Assembly: GCA_951406725.2 (NCBI GenBank)
Contig: OX597814.1
Coordinates: 169,156,001 to 169,404,000, forward strand
DNA: 248,000 bases
Direction of reading: 5' to 3'
DNA from: Octopus vulgaris
Taxonomy: Eukaryota
Both the position numbers and the translations under genes were made by a program. Below are positions 56,546 to 72,211 of the stretch, piece by piece. The stretch's first letter is position 1; every line of letters starts with the position of its first letter. The notes below the pieces were generated by a model that saw only the letters and a list, made by a program, of their open reading frames with translations, searched no databases and was not told the DNA's origin.

Positions 56546-59500
56546 GAAACTGAAAGAAGCTCATGTATGTGCGTGTATATTTGTGTCTCTTTGTCTTAAC
56601 ATCATGCACTAGTTGTAAACGAACCTCACCATCATACAAGTGGTGGTGTTCATTTCCAGTCTTCTATGTAAGCATGTCTGGTCAAGTGGAGATATTATGT
56701 AGTGAAATTGATAAAAAGAATACAGTGAATTTGCTGTGAGGAGTGGAAAATCCAACATTTCAGACACAGTCTTTCTTCAAGGGAAAAGTTGAAAAGAGAG
56801 AAATTGATGAGATACAGCAGAGTGTTACATCCTCTAAGTTAAAAAAAAAAAAAAACTGGCTGCAGCTGATAAGGAACACAGGACATTTGAGTATCATATG
56901 TGAACAAGAAGTGGTAGGAGAAAATATGCAGGAAGGAAGAAGAAAAGAGTAATGAAGTGAGAAGAAGCAGGCAAAGTCAAGAATGAGTTGGAGAAATATT
57001 ACCTTGCTTTGAAACAGGTCATGGTTGATATCAGGAAGGCCATCTGGCCATTGAAAATCTGCCTCAAACAAACTCTGCCTGATTCATACATGCTTGGAAA
57101 AAGAGTATGTTAAAATGATGATGATGATGATGATGATGATGAATTATGTTGATGATTACTCTTTAAGAAAGGTGAAACACTTCTGAGATTATCTTCTTTA
57201 CCTGCCAAAGAAAATATCTTATCAATTAATAATTTCCTACTGATTTGCTTTTGAATAGATTTTTTATTTTAATTGCTTTAGTACCCTTTCGTTACCAACC
57301 CGGCTGAAACCGGCTCTGGCTCTGTAGTACAAATGTCTTGTTTTCATAAGTTTTGAATTAAAATCTTCCATCAAACCTAAGTCACAATTTATATTCCTAA
57401 CACTAACTGAAAGATAGCTAAGCTATTTTACTAAATTCTTTGTTATATTTAAAATTAATTGAAAGAAACACAGAGCATCTCAAAATAAATACAGTAATGA
57501 AAGGGTTAAATAACATTTCACCTGTAATATATAGATCTTAATGTATGTGGTTTTTAGTTCCTTGATCCTGCATATGAATCCTGGTTGAAAAGATCTAAGG
57601 TAAAAGATATTCATGCCATGAACCTTTTTTCTTGTTTCAGTCATTTGACTGCTGCCATGCTGGAGTACCTCCTTGAAAAATTTTAGTTGAGCAAATCGAC
57701 CTGAGGACTTATTTTTTTCTAAAGCCTAGTACTTATTCTATCGGTTTCTTTTTCTGAACTGCCATGTTACGGGGATACAAACACACCAACACCGGTTGTT
57801 AAGCAGTGGTGAGCGACAAACACAGACACACATACACACACACATAAGATATAAATATATATATATATATATATATTATAGATGATGGCCTTCTTTCAGT
57901 ATCCATCCGCCAAATCCATTCATAAGGCTTCGGTCAGCCCAAGGATATAGCAGAAGACATTTGCCCAAGGTGCCACACAGTGGGACTGAACCTAGAAACA
58001 TGTAGTTGAGAAGCATGTGTACCTAATTAATTTTTGTTTTCTAGGAATAATTTATCCTGGACTACATTATCCAAATATTTTCCTTTAAAAATCCAAAAAT
58101 GTGATTTGAGGAAGATTTTGCTGTTATTTCTTGCTAGACTAGGAGTGACTATGTAAAGGCTCTCACAGTGGTTGGTTTGAACTGTCTAATTATCTTGCAG
58201 TTGGTGTCATGGTTAATTATATTGCAATAAATACATCGACTGCAATTTCATCGCCTGGTAATTTCATTGCAATGTAATTAATTACATTGTAAGCCAACAC
58301 ACCACCATCATCATCCTCATTATCATCATCACCATTATCATTATCATCTTTCTCATGATGATGATGATGATCATCATCATCATCAGCAGCAGCAGCAGCA
58401 ATGGTACCTTTTACCACAATAACTTGAGTTAGCTGAGACTACCTGAAGAAGTATTCGGCAGCCTGATACCTGTCCTGCTATTAATTCTTACTTGATTCTA
58501 AATAAGATGCATGTTACCTATTCCTTTACTACCCACAAGGGGCTAAACACAGAGGCGACAAACAAGGACAGACAAACGGATTAAGTCGATTATATCGACC
58601 CCAGTGCGTAACTGGTACTTAATTTATTGACCCCAAAAGGATGAAAGGCAAAGTTGACCTCAGCAGAATTTGAACTCAGAATGTAACGGCAGACAAAATA
58701 CGGCTACACATTTCGCCCGGTGTGCTAACGTTTCTGCCAGCTCACTGCCCTATATAAGATACATGTTACCTCGATCTTTCAATCTCCTGAGTGGCTGGGC
58801 ATGTTTTTACATGTAAACAGTGACACTCCAGCATAAGCAGCAATCTTGTTTCATGCTAAGTGTGTAATCAATGCCAAGACACACACACACACACATGCAC
58901 ATGCACACACACACACATACACACACGTATATATTATCAGTTAGTTGCACATATATCAGACAAAATGCACAGTATGATTTGGCATTAGGAAGGGCATCCA
59001 GCTGTAGAAACTCTGCCAGATCAAGATTGAAGCCTGGTGCAGCCATCTGGTTTGCCAGTCCTCAGTCAAATCGTCCAACCCATGCTAGCATGGAAAGTGG
59101 ACTTTAAATGATGATGAGGATGATAATGATGATGATGATGATTAATAGAGCAGTTATATATTTTTTTTATATTGTCAAACAGTGTACTACTAGTTGTGTC
59201 ATATAAAGAGTAAAGACCCCCTTCAGTCATAAGCCATAGGATTACACCTAGAAAGTTCCCCTCCAATGCACAAGTCTGGGCAAGGTTGTTTAAAGAAGAC
59301 CAGCAGTCACCCATGCATACAAGCCTCCCCTCTCCACACCACTGACATTGTCCAAGGGAAAAGCAAAGGCCAATTCAGCTTGACCACCAGTGACATTGCA
59401 ACTCATTTCTTCAGCTGAGTGAACTGGAGCAACCTGAAATAAAGTGTCTTAACTGACCTGGTTATTACTGTTAGTTTTGTGCTGACTGTTGCACTTGGCA

Positions 59501-59699
59501 GTATTGATAACTCTTCAGACTTGCTGGCTGGGAGTGCATTGCATCTTTTATACTGGAGGCATATATAGACCCTAACAAGGGTCTATGTATATATAATAAT
59601 AACAATAATAATAATAATAATAATAATAATATGAGGGAATATTATTCCAAACTTACAGGGAAAAATTCAATTTAGAAATACTAAGTCAAATTTCACAAA

Positions 59700-59753
<54 letters not shown>

Positions 59754-60147
59754 TGGATAGATTCCTTCAAAGAATACCAGATAAGCCACCCATAATTGGA
59801 TACAACTCACCCAACAAGAACTCACTACTTGAACAAAACTTGACTTAAACAGGATTCGAATAATCCTATCAGGTGGTGCTATTAAGTTAGACATGGCCTG
59901 GACCAATCTTTGGTCGAAACATATCTAAGTTTTATCTAAGTTTTATATAAATATATATAGGGAGAGTTTATGAAAAAAACAAAAGACAAAGACAGTTGGT
60001 GTACAAAACAAACATATGTATTAGTATAACGCTCAGGAATAGAAAAAGTCTTTTACGTTTCGAGCCTACGCTCTTCTACAGAAAGGGACACAGAATAAAC
60101 AAAGAGAGAAAAAAAATGTGTGTAGTGGCTAACGATCTATCATGGCA

Positions 60148-60179
<32 letters not shown>

Positions 60180-60181
<2 letters not shown>

Positions 60182-60785
60182 ATCATCATCATCATCATCG
60201 TTTAACGTCCGCTTTCCATGCTAGCATGGGTTGGACGGTTCAACTGGGGTCTGGCAAGCCCAAAGGCTACACCAGGCCAGTCAGATCTGGCAGTGTTTCT
60301 ACAGCTGGTGCCCTTCCTAACGCCAACCACTCCGAGAGTGTAGTGGGTGATTTTATGTGCCACCGACACAGGTGCCAGACGAGGCTGGCAGACGGCCACA
60401 CTCGGATGGTGCTTTTTATGTGCCACCGACACAGGTTCCAGACGAGGCTGGCAGACGGCCACACTCGGATATGGTGTTTTCGGTGTTTTTCTTATGTGCC
60501 ACCGACACAGGTGCCAGACGAGGCTGGCGAGCGGCTACGATCGGATGGTGTTTGTTACGTGCCCACGGCACGGAAGCCAGTCGATGCGGTACTGGCTACG
60601 GTCCCGTTCGGATGGTTTTTCTTATGTGCCACCGGCACTGGTACCACAAGGATACAAATTCCATTGATGTTCATCTATTTGATTTGGTTTGACTTGATTC
60701 GATTTGACTTTGATTTGACTTGCCTCAACAGGTCTTCACAAGTGTGATTCGATTTGACTTTGATTTGACTTGCCTCAACAGGTCA
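60180..60785 (-). mobile_element. RTE 3' end (copy 3, UTR only)
   Basis: Same young-subfamily 3' UTR units and (ATG)n tail as the 9052 copy. Confidence 0.8.
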
Positions 60786-60952
60786 TGTAAATTAGAAAAA
60801 AAAACACCTTTTATCAATTCAACAAGGAAAAAATTAAATTATACCATTTAGAAAAAATTACATTTTATAGAAAAATTAAATATAAAATAAAACATATATC
60901 AATGATTAAGTAATGTGCAAAATAATAAATGAAACGTATGTATTTGGTAGAA

Positions 60953-60990
<38 letters not shown>

Positions 60991-61077
60991 TATTAGAGAC
61001 AAAACCACTATTTTGCAAAACAAACAAGGAAAGACTTAATCAATACATAAAATTTTAATAAATAGTCAAAAAAACCG

Positions 61078-61120
61078 CCACTACAATTGTTTCTTGTCTT
61101 GATCGACAATCTTCAGATGG
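61078..61120 (-). ncRNA. Minimal type I hammerhead ribozyme motif
   Basis: CCAT-CTGAAGA-TTGTC gatcaa GACAA-GAAAC-AATT-GTA-GTGG: perfect stem II, palindromic stem III, GUA site. Confidence 0.7.
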
Positions 61121-61273
61121 ACTTCCAATAAGTCAGTTTCAAATTATGTGACTGAATTTGCAAAATAGTGGTTTTGTCTCTAATAATATTTTATAATATT
61201 TTACTATAAAATTGGATTTAATCCTAAATCTGATTTTTTCCCTGTAAATTTGGATTTATTCCCTAATATTTAT

Positions 61274-61313
<40 letters not shown>

Positions 61314-64263
61314 ATCATAAAAGTTGCTGTGAATTTCAAGCCAGCATGTTTGAAGAGTTATTAATACTGCTAAGGATGCAATAGTCAGCACAAAACTGAT
61401 AGTAACATTCAGACCAGTTATATGCCATAACCAAAAATAGACTCCTTGATGATACATACACAATAGGTTTTTTTCACTATCTCTGTCAACCAGTTTCATT
61501 CACAATGCATTAGTCAGCTCATAGCTGTAGCAGAAGATGTTTGTCAACAATGCCACACAGCAAGAATGAAACTAGAAATCACATGATTTTAAAACAAACT
61601 TCCTAATCAAACTACTGGTAAATTCCTCATCATGCCATATAGTTTGTCCCTAAATTCAGTCACATGTTTTATCTCCAGAGGAGATGCATTGCTAAACATT
61701 ATGAGAGCACATTCAAAATGAGATAATTTGAGAATGGTACAGAGTAAATGATGTAAAATAAAAAGTAAAGTTTCCTTGAGTCATACTGACTTATAATGGC
61801 CAGTTTCCTGGTTACTATGGATAATATATTCTCCATCTGGATGAGACACTAATTCATTGTAGGATTACTCATTTTTACCAGCTGAGTGAAATGAAGTGTT
61901 TTGCTCAAGAACACAATGTGTCATCCGGTCCAGGAATTGAAACCACAATCTTATGATCATAAGTCCAACACCCGAACCACTAAGCCACATGCCTACCCGA
62001 GTAAATAACGTTCCGCTGGGCTGGACATGCCAAAAGGTTCACAGACAACAGGTGGACCCATGCAGTTGTCAAATGATATCCAAAAAATCAGTAAAGGCCA
62101 TTCGGAAGGCCTCTACAACAATGGGAAGACAGTTTAATCAAGCTGGAAAAGAATGGCGCAGTTAAAACAGAATTGGAAGCGCATTGTGACCAGCAGTGTA
62201 TAACAGAAGTTGATGGTGTGGTCGATACTGTGATAGTGTGATATGTGATGGAAACCTGGTAAATCTCTGGCCTTATGAGTCCCAAGGCTCATAATATATC
62301 TAAATCTATTTACAGAATAAATATGTTATAAGACCTGTTAGGGCAAGTGAAATCGAAATTGAACCAAATTCAATGACTGGCACCCGTGCCAGTGGAGCGC
62401 TAACAGCTCCATCCAAGCGGTATCACTGTCAGAGCAGCTGTTTGGCTTCCGTGCCGGTGACACATAAAAAGCACCATTTCTGTGTGATTGTTACCAGCGT
62501 CGCCTTACTGGCACTTGTGCCAATGGCACGTGAACAAAATATTCGAGCGAGTTCATTGCCAGTGCCACTGGACTGACTCCTGTGCAGGTGGCATGTAAAA
62601 AATACCATTTGAGTGTGGCCATTACCAGTACCGCCAGACTGGCCCTCGTGCCAGTGGCACGTAAAAGCACCCACTACACGCTCGGAGTGGTTGGGGTTAG
62701 GAAGGGCATCCAGCTGTAGAAACACTGCCAGATCAGATTGGAGCCTGGTGCAGCCATCTGGTTCGCCAGTCCGCAGTCAAATCGTCCAACCCATGCTAGC
62801 ATGGAAAGTGGACATTAAATGATGATGATGATGGAAAAGAAATTCAAAGAGAAAAATCTCACATTTAGTCAAAATATATATAAGAAAATCACATTAGGGT
62901 TACTTTTAAAAACGGAATCATATATTATTGTCACTGTTTTAATGTCCGTCTTTCCGTACTTGCTTTAGTCTGATGGAATTTGTTGAATCAGCTTTTTTAG
63001 GGCTAGATGTCCTTGTCACCAAACCACACCTGTTTCCAAGCTAGTAAATATTTCCCTATGACCAGATACATTGTCATGAAATAAATGATATTGCTTGTGT
63101 GACAGTGATACTCATTCACAACTATCATGTGATGTCTTTCAATTTCTGTCTACCATATCAACTCACAAGGCTTTTGCTGGCTGAGGGCTATAGCAGAAGA
63201 CACTCGTTCAATGTGTCATGTAGTGAGATTGAACCTGAAACCACATGGTTTGGAAACAAATTCTTCACCACACAGCCATGCTTGAACTTTTCACACACAC
63301 ACACACACATGCGCGCACACACACACGCACACACACACACACACACACACATTTACAGGCAACACCAGTTTAAATTGGAAGAAAGAAGAAGCATTCTAAA
63401 ATGACAAATTGTAATGCATTTCAAATACTCAAGAACTGCAATTTCAGTTGCCTTTTTGCTGCACTATCTTTATATTTCTTTACACACTGTGGAATTTCTG
63501 CAGCAGTGATGTACTTTTTTTTACTTTTTGATCATTTCTTTATTTTCTGAATGTTCTTTTTCAAAGATTTCTGAGAATTTTTAAAACAGTTACCTGAAAT
63601 TTTTTGATTTTGGATTTCCTTTAATGAAATGCCACATATTTAATTTACTCTGCGGATAAAAAGCATGGTGATAAATTTACCGATGATATATTAGCTCAGA
63701 ATGAAATTACAGGTGATCTGTTTACTGCTAGTGTAATTAGCTCCGTTGAATTTACCATAAACTCTTTCATCAATCCAACTGCCTAATTATTATGTTGATT
63801 GCATTCAGTGCACACTTAATTTGTATCAGTTAATGCATGTTGTAGATATGCCTTTGTGATTGAGGAAGTTTGTTTCTGAAGCAGATGGTTTTGGGTTCAG
63901 TCCCACTGCATGACACCTTGGGCAAGTATCTTCTATCATAGACACAGGCTCACCAATACACTGTGATTAAATATGGTAAACAGGAATTCTGTGGAAGTCA
64001 AACATCTCCACCATCATCATTGTTTTAACATCTACTATTCTGTGCTTGCATGGGTCAGATGAAAGTATGTTGGGGTGGCAGAGTTTTCTATAATTGGATG
64101 CCCTATCTATTATCAGCCTGCACATTTTTCCAGACTAGGTTATAATCTCTTAATCTATTGAACAATGACCAGGTCAGACATATTTACATGAACTAGAAAC
64201 AAATGCCACCAAAACAAGTGGTTTTTGCCTACAAAGTTTATACAGTATGTCAAGACTTATCAA

Positions 64264-64345
<82 letters not shown>

Positions 64346-64519
64346 TATCTAGCTTTACATAGAACTAAGCCCTAATGATTTGAGGATCTGGGGGGAAAAC
64401 TTTCCCTGAGGAACAGAGAAAATATTAATTCATTGAACAATAATGCTTGTATAATAGGACCTGTGTAGGAAACCTCTCCCTACAAGTGAATAGCTAATGT
64501 TTGCAAAAATTTTCTTTCC

Positions 64520-65640
64520 AGATATCAAAAGCTGTCCCTCAGCTATTCATATATTCTTATTGTGCAGTCCATAATCCTAGAGCTGTTGCAGTCAATGTGG
64601 ATACGATAGAAGATAAGTTTGGTGAGTTGTTGAAATGCAAGAATGGAGGTTTGAGGATGTGTGCTGCATGCAAGAGGCAAGCTGGAGGTGAGCCTCAGCC
64701 ATATTTCCTATGGGCTAATGACAAAGGAATAGATTCTTCTGTGTATGCAATAATGCTGATATGAGGTGGTGTGGGCATACTGTTGGCAGAGAAGTGGGTA
64801 CATAAAATGATCAAGGCATTTAGAAAATGTGATACAGTAATTCATCTTTGGCTAGTCTTGGACAACACAATAATGACATTTTTCTCTATATATGCTCCTC
64901 AACTGAGATTAGCAGATGTAGAAAAGAACCTATTTTATGAAGTCTTTTTGCAGATTACATTGATGATGAATGATAATCCCTTCTCTTCATGGTTGTTGTC
65001 TTTAATGGACATGTTGAGCAGTACTATGATAGATTTTATGGCATAGAAATGAGGAGTGAACAAAGCTGTTGGATGTATGTGATGTAAATGGCCTGATGAT
65101 CCACATCACTAACTTCAGGAAACTAGCCAACCACTTGATCATTTACCAGATTGACTACATTTTTTTTTAATGTAAAGTCCTCTGGGAAAAATGTATAACT
65201 CAAGTTAGTGACTTCAGAATTAAAGCTAAAAAGATTTTGAAAAATAAAGCAGTCTCTAAAAGGAAAATATGGATACTTAGAGATTCATTGAAGAGTCAAA
65301 AATGTAGAGAAGTACTAGTTGAAGCATAGGATGCAATGGAAGAGATCAAGACACACAAAATAGGATACGATTGGAGGTTCTTTCAGGCCAACATACTGAG
65401 AGCTATAAACTAAATCTGTGGCTAGTGTAATGTTCCAGCAAGACCAATGGGGACATAGTGGTGGAACAGTGAGAGAGTCATAAAAGCAAAGAGACAGGCT
65501 TGAACAAAAACTAGATGACATATTTAATAATGGGAGAAGCAGAAAGTAAGAGTTTTACCATCATGAGGTTCTACAGCATGAGGAACAGGTTTTCCAGATT
65601 GCAAGGCAATGTATCAGATGAAAATTTTTTTCTACTATAG
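64520..65640 (+). pseudogene. Decayed RTE-type LINE ORF2 fragment (endonuclease-RT linker)
   Basis: GVGILLAEKWV...IYAPQ...; many stops and frameshifts. Confidence 0.5.
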
Positions 65641-67122
65641 GCACAAGGCCAGAAATTTTGCAGGAGGGGCTGGTCAATTACATTGACACAAGTGTTCAAC
65701 TGGTACTTATTTTATCGACTCTGAAAGGATGAAAGGCAAAGTCAACCTTGGCAGAATTTGAACTCAGAATGTAAAGACTGACAAAATGCCTCTAAGCATT
65801 CTGTTTGGCATGCTGACAACTCTGCCAGTTCACCACCTTTGCATCAGAGAAAATTGAGACATTGTGGGAGAGAAGTGTGTATGGATTGATAATGACACAC
65901 CTGCACTTAGTGGTTCTGAAAAGAGAGAGGCAAAGAAGTGCTCCTATGAAAGGTTATAAAATATGGAAAATGCATGGTAGGAAGAGTGTTTATCCAACAA
66001 TGGCCACCATCCATTCTAATAGACAGCAATATTATTTCTTTATTGCCCACAAGGGGCTACACATAGAGGGGACAAACAAGGACAGACAAACGGATTAAGT
66101 TGATTATATCAACCCCAGTGCATAACTGGTACTTATCTAAATGACCCAGAAAAGAATGAAAGGTAAAGTCAACCTTGGCAAAATATGAACTCGGAATGTA
66201 GTGGCAGACAAAATACTGCTAAGCATTCTGCCCGGCGTGCTAATGTTTCTACCAGCTCATGATAGATAAAACGATTATGGATATGCTTCTTTTATATGTA
66301 CTTATCTGACCATACTAGTATGGAAAAATGAGTATAAAATTAACACACTCAGTAGAAATGTATATCCATGAAGGTAAATCAAGTAACCGATGACATGCTG
66401 TTTGATGTACTTATGATATTCAAAACACCAACAATCAGCTTGATCTACATTAATCTATTCTAATAAGTGCATCTGAATTATTCCCCTTAGTTTATTTTGC
66501 TTAATACTCTCAGACCTGCCCCCCTGTGTCTAATTTTACTCTTTGTCTGGACTCCTGAGCAAAAACATAAATAGTTGCATATACTGCTAAAGAGTGATGA
66601 TTGCAGGTAAACTAATGGACAGAATCAAAAAAAAAAATTTAGACGAATAACAAAAATAGGCCTTTCTCTCAACAACTGTATTTGTTAGGCAAACTAATGG
66701 ACAAAATCATAAAAAAAATTCAGGAAAATAACAGTAATAGGGATTTCTCTCAACTACTGTATTTGTTTACCTGAATCACTACTTTCATCATCCCTTTCAC
66801 CTGTCTGATTGTCTGAATCACTCTCATTGCTAGTGTGAGTGTAAAATCTTTATCTGAAGAATAAATATCATCAATAATTTTCTCAGTTGCAAAGAGTTTC
66901 TTTTACTCTTTAAACTTGTTTCAGTCATTTGACTCCGGCCATGCTGGAGAACCGCCTTTAGTCAAGCAAATCGACCCCAGGACTTATTCTTTGTAAGCCT
67001 AGAACTTATTCTATTGGTCTCTTTTTGCCAAACCACTATGTTATGGGGACATAAACACACCAGCATCGGTTGTCAAGCGATGTTTGGCAGAACAAACACA
67101 GACACACAAACACACACACACA

Positions 67123-67158
<36 letters not shown>

Positions 67159-69270
67159 GCTTCTTTCAGTTTCTGTCTACCAAATCCACTCACAAGGCTT
67201 TGGTCGGCCCGAGGCTATAGTAGAAGACACTTGCCACGCAGTGGGACTGAACCTGGAACCATGTGGTTGGTAAGCAAGATACTTACCACACAGCCACTCC
67301 TGCATCAAGACTACACCTTGCTCGTTTATAAGATGAAGTGCTGGGTTCATAACATGCTGGTTTAATTGCAATTTTTTTTTTCTTTTTTGATTAAAAACAA
67401 CAGTAGCAGCAGCTATGGGATCACAATTAACAATAAATCATAAACAAATTTGGGTGCAAAGCTGCAATATGTGATCGGTTATCTAATTTTGATATTTTAT
67501 CTTCTTTATTTTTTTATGTATATTATTCATTACTGCTTTAGTGGGAATGTGATAGAGATGACATTTAAGCTATTTCTGCTATATCAAGAACATAGTATGA
67601 CAGGGTTAAAATTATTCTTGGTCTATGTTTAGGTCTCCCATCAGTTTGCTTGGCTTGAAGAATCCATCTTGCAATATGTTCCTGCAACATTCTAATTACA
67701 TGTTTGTAGTACAAGAGGTATGACTTCTCATTGCAGAGAAATAGCAGCTTGACCTGGAGAACCTCTCTGTCTCCTAGCTATGCTCCCTGTTGAGTAACAT
67801 TACTCCAGAGATCATTCTGAACCCCATTTGAGCTGTTTGTATATGTGAGTATACTTTTTGGTCATTACACAGCATTCACAACCTTGGTGAGGAAAGGCTT
67901 GAAAACTGAACTGAAGATACCAAGTTTGGCCTTTTTTTACCAACCTCCTTTTTTCAGAGAATCAATCACTGGAACTAGTGCACTACTTTGCTGGCATCTG
68001 CAATTAAAAAATCAAAACTAGTATAGTAGATTTGATCTAAGGTGTGGTTTTAGGGATACCTGGCCGTTATTTCTGATAAATATCCTTCAATTTATATCTT
68101 ACTGCTTCAGAAAAGGAAGAATGCATTGGTAAATCTAATCTCGTCCTATGGATATGCAAAAAAAAAAGAAAAAAAGGGATTGGCGCAAGAGTGGCTGTGT
68201 GGTAAGTAGCTTGCTTACGAACCACATGGTTCCAGGTTCAGTCCCACTGTGTGGCATCTTGGGCAAGTGTCTTCTACTATAGCCTTGGGCTGACCAAAGC
68301 CTTGTGAGTGGATTTGGTAGACGGAAACTGAAAGAAGCCCATCGTAGTCCAACCCATGCTAGCATGGAAAACGGACGCTAAACGATGATGATGATGATGA
68401 TGATATAACGGGAAAGTTTACGAAAATAAACAAAAGACGAAGGCAGGTGGAGTACAAACAAACAAATGTATTAGTATAGCGCTCAGGAATAGAAATAGAA
68501 AAAGTCTTTTACATTTCAAGCCTACGCTCTTCGACAGAAAGATACACAGAAAAATACAAGGAGAGAAACAAGGAGAGAAAAAAAATGCGTGTAGGAGCTA
68601 ACGATCTATCATGGCGTCCTGACTTCGGACAGTGGTCAGACGCGAGAGGGACAGTAGGGGAGATAACAGGGTCAAGTGACTTCCAATATACCCCCCCCCC
68701 CCCGCCCCAAAAAAACATTGCTTGACAATCGATGCTGGTGTGCTTATGTCCCCATAACTTAGTGGTTCAGCAAAAGAGACTGATAGAATAAGTACTAGGC
68801 TTACAAAGAATAAGTCCTGGGGTTGATTTGCTCGACTAAAGGCGGTGCTCCAGCATGGCCACAGTCACATGACTGAAACAAGTAAAAGAGTAAGAGTATA
68901 GTCATTGCTAAAATACCTTCCATTATAAGGTCTGTTTAACCAATACTGACCTGGGGTTAAAAAAACCAATAACAACCTTCTACTTTATGAGTCAATGATA
69001 GCAAAAAATTTGTTGTATTTTAACTAATTATATCTCTTCACAACAAATGTGTGGCCTTGAATTAAAGTTACAAAATCATTATTATTAGAATTTTTCTCTC
69101 TCCTTCTTTTTCTATATGAAGGAGAAACAATGTTGAGAGTGAGGAATACAAATCACTTTAACCAACCAACTAGCTAGCCAACCAACTAACCAGCCAACCA
69201 GTCCAGCCAGCCAACCAGCCAGCCAACCAGTCACACTAGCTTGTTCAGAACTGCAAATTGTTAAACTCAC

Positions 69271-69344
69271 AACACTCCCTGAATCTTGCTGTTTTGAATG
69301 AAAAATCATAAAACTCAGCAGCTCTTAATACTTCCATTATTTGC
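69271..69344 (-). CDS. Candidate exon (xKIMEVLRAAEFYDFSFKTARFREC)
   Basis: Strong acceptor tttttctttgcttgattag and donor gtgagt; 74 nt; its phase-2 start fits the 81041-81090 candidate. Confidence 0.42.
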
Positions 69345-70967
69345 TAATCAAGCAAAGAAAAATTGTAAAATTGCCATTCATTCTAGCTCACATTCAGAGT
69401 TCAGTATTCATGGCATTATAAAACCTAGAGGGTATGAAAAAAAAAAAAAAAAAGGAAATTTTTAATGGTCTTTTCTGACATGGCTAAATATTGATTGGTA
69501 ACATAGGCATAGGATCATAAATTCTACAAAAGGTAACTCTGAATAAGATTCTTAAATTATTCCTAGTATTTGACTGGTGCTATGTTTTAATGACACTGGA
69601 AGGACAACTAGTACATCCAGCCCCAGTGAGATTTCTGCTGCAATGTAAAAAGGACACATCTTAATAAAATACCCAAAGGTATGGCTGTGCGATTTTGCAA
69701 CTACACGTTTTGAGGTTCAGTTCCGGCATTATAAAACCTAGAGGGTATGAAAAAAAAAAAAAAAAGAAAAAGAAAATTTTTAATGGTCTTTTCTGACATG
69801 GCTAAATATTGATTGGTAACATAGGCATAGGATCATAAATTCTACAAAAGGTAACTCTGAATAAGATTCTTAAATTATTCCTAGTATTTGACTGGTGTTA
69901 TATTTTAATGACACCGGAAGGACAACTAGTACATCCAGCCCCAGTGAGATTTCTGCTGCAATGTAAAAGGGACATATCTTAATAAGATACCCAAAGGTAT
70001 GGCTGTGCGATTTTGCAACCACACGTTTTGAGGTTCAGCTCCATGGAGCGACACCTTGGGCAAATGTCTTCTCCTATGTTAGCCCAGGCCAGTCAACACT
70101 TTGTGAGTGAGGCTGGTTGACGGAATCTGTCTGGAAGTTCATACTGTCATTGACTTTGTCCTCCTCCTCCTCCTCCTCCTCCTGCTTTTTACTTGCTTTA
70201 GTCTTTAGACAGTGGCCATGCTGAGCATCGCCTCGAAGAGTTCTTCGTAGAATGAATTGACCCCCAGTAAACTCTTTTACTCTTTTAACTTATATGTACA
70301 CACACATACACAAACACAGGGTTCCTCACAGTTTCCACCAACCAAATTCACTTACAAGGCAGTGGTCAACCCAGGACTGCTGTAGAAGACACTCGACCAT
70401 AGTGCCATACGGTGGGACTGAACCCAAAACCATGTGGTTGCAAAGTGAGCTTCTTAACCACCTTTAGTCGAGCACCTAGTACATTCTGTTAAGTAGTTGG
70501 TGTTAGGAGGGACATGAAGCCATATAAGCCATGTGAAAGCAGACATTGGAGCTTGGTACAGTCTCCCTGCTCACTAGTTCTTGTTGAGCCATCCAACCCA
70601 TGCCAGCATGAAAAACAGATGCTTACTGATGATGATGATGATGATGATGATGATTATGATGATAAGGGTTGGTGACAGGAAGAGCATTTGGCCATAAAAT
70701 TCTGCCTCAGATAAATCCTCATCTAACCCATGTAAGCATGGAAAACAGATGCTAAATGATGATGATGATGGTGATGATGATGATGATGATGACGACGACG
70801 ACGACGATGACGATGATGATGATGATGAGGAAGATGATGATGATGATGGTGATGATGATGATGATGATGATGATGATGACGACGATGACGACGACGACGA
70901 CTATGATGATGATGATGAGGAAGATGATGATGATGATAGTGATGATGACGACGACGACGACGACGAC

Positions 70968-71012
<45 letters not shown>

Positions 71013-71161
71013 ATGGGTCAGTGGCAGGAAGAGTATTTGGCCATAAAATTCCGCCAGCATGGAAAACAGATGCTAAATGATGATGACGATGGTGATGATG
71101 ATGATGGTGATGGTGATGATGATGATGATGATGATGATGAGGAAGATGATGATGATGATGG

Positions 71162-71193
<32 letters not shown>

Positions 71194-72211
71194 GTAACGA
71201 TGATGTTAAGAGTTGGTTTACAGGAAGAGTAATTGGCCATAAAATTCTGCCTCAAATAAGTCTTCATACAACCCATGCCAGCATGGAAAAGTGGATATTA
71301 TTATTGAATGAAAGATCAAAAGGTAAGCCATCTGTTGCTCTGTTGATCCTGTTGCTCACTGCCCTCAACTTGGCTGAATATCAAAATGGCACCTCAAAGC
71401 AGAAGTAGAATATTTCTTGAAGACTTGAAAGAATTATTTATAGCTATGTGGTTAAGAAGCTCACTTTGCAACCACATGGTTTTGGGTTCAGTCCCACCGT
71501 ATGGCACTTTGGTCGAGTGTCTTCTACAACAGTCCTGGGTTGACCACTGCCTTGTAAGTGAATTTGGTTGGTGGAAACTGTGAGGAACCCTGTGTTTGTG
71601 TATGTGTGTGTGTACATATAAGTATATATGTATGTGGGTATATATGCATGTATGTATATATGTGTGTGTATTTGTGTTGTTTGTTCTCCATCACGGCTTG
71701 ATAACAGGTTTGTTTATGTTCCTGTGACTTAGTGGTTTGGTGAAAGAGACTAACAGAATAAGTAACAGACTTAAGAGATGAATAAATAAATAAATAAATA
71801 AATAATTAGGCACAGAAGTGGCTGTGTGGTAAGAAGCTTGCTTCCCAACCACATGGTTCCAGGTTCAGTCCTATGGTGTGGCACCTTGGGCAAGTGTTTC
71901 CTAATATAACTTTGGGTTGACCAAGCCCTTGTGAGTGGACTTAGTAGACAGAAACTGAAAGATGCCCATCAATGTATATATGTATCTGTGTGTGTGTGTT
72001 TGTCCCTCCGCTATCGTTTGACAATTGATGTTAGTGTGTTTACGTCTCCCTGTATCTTAGCGGGTCAGCAAAAGAACCTGATAGACTATAAAGAATAAGT
72101 CCTGGGCTCGATTTGTTCGACTAAAGGAGTTGCTCCAGCATGGCAGCAGTCAAATGACTGAAACAAGTAAAAGAATAAAATAAAAAAGATAAATACTGGG
72201 CGTAGGATAGG

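Noticed and set aside
70749-71408. 219-aa poly-Asp ORF (acidic biomineral-like protein)
   Set aside because: It is (GAT)n tails of stacked RTE-tail repeats; the non-repetitive parts are repeat sequence.
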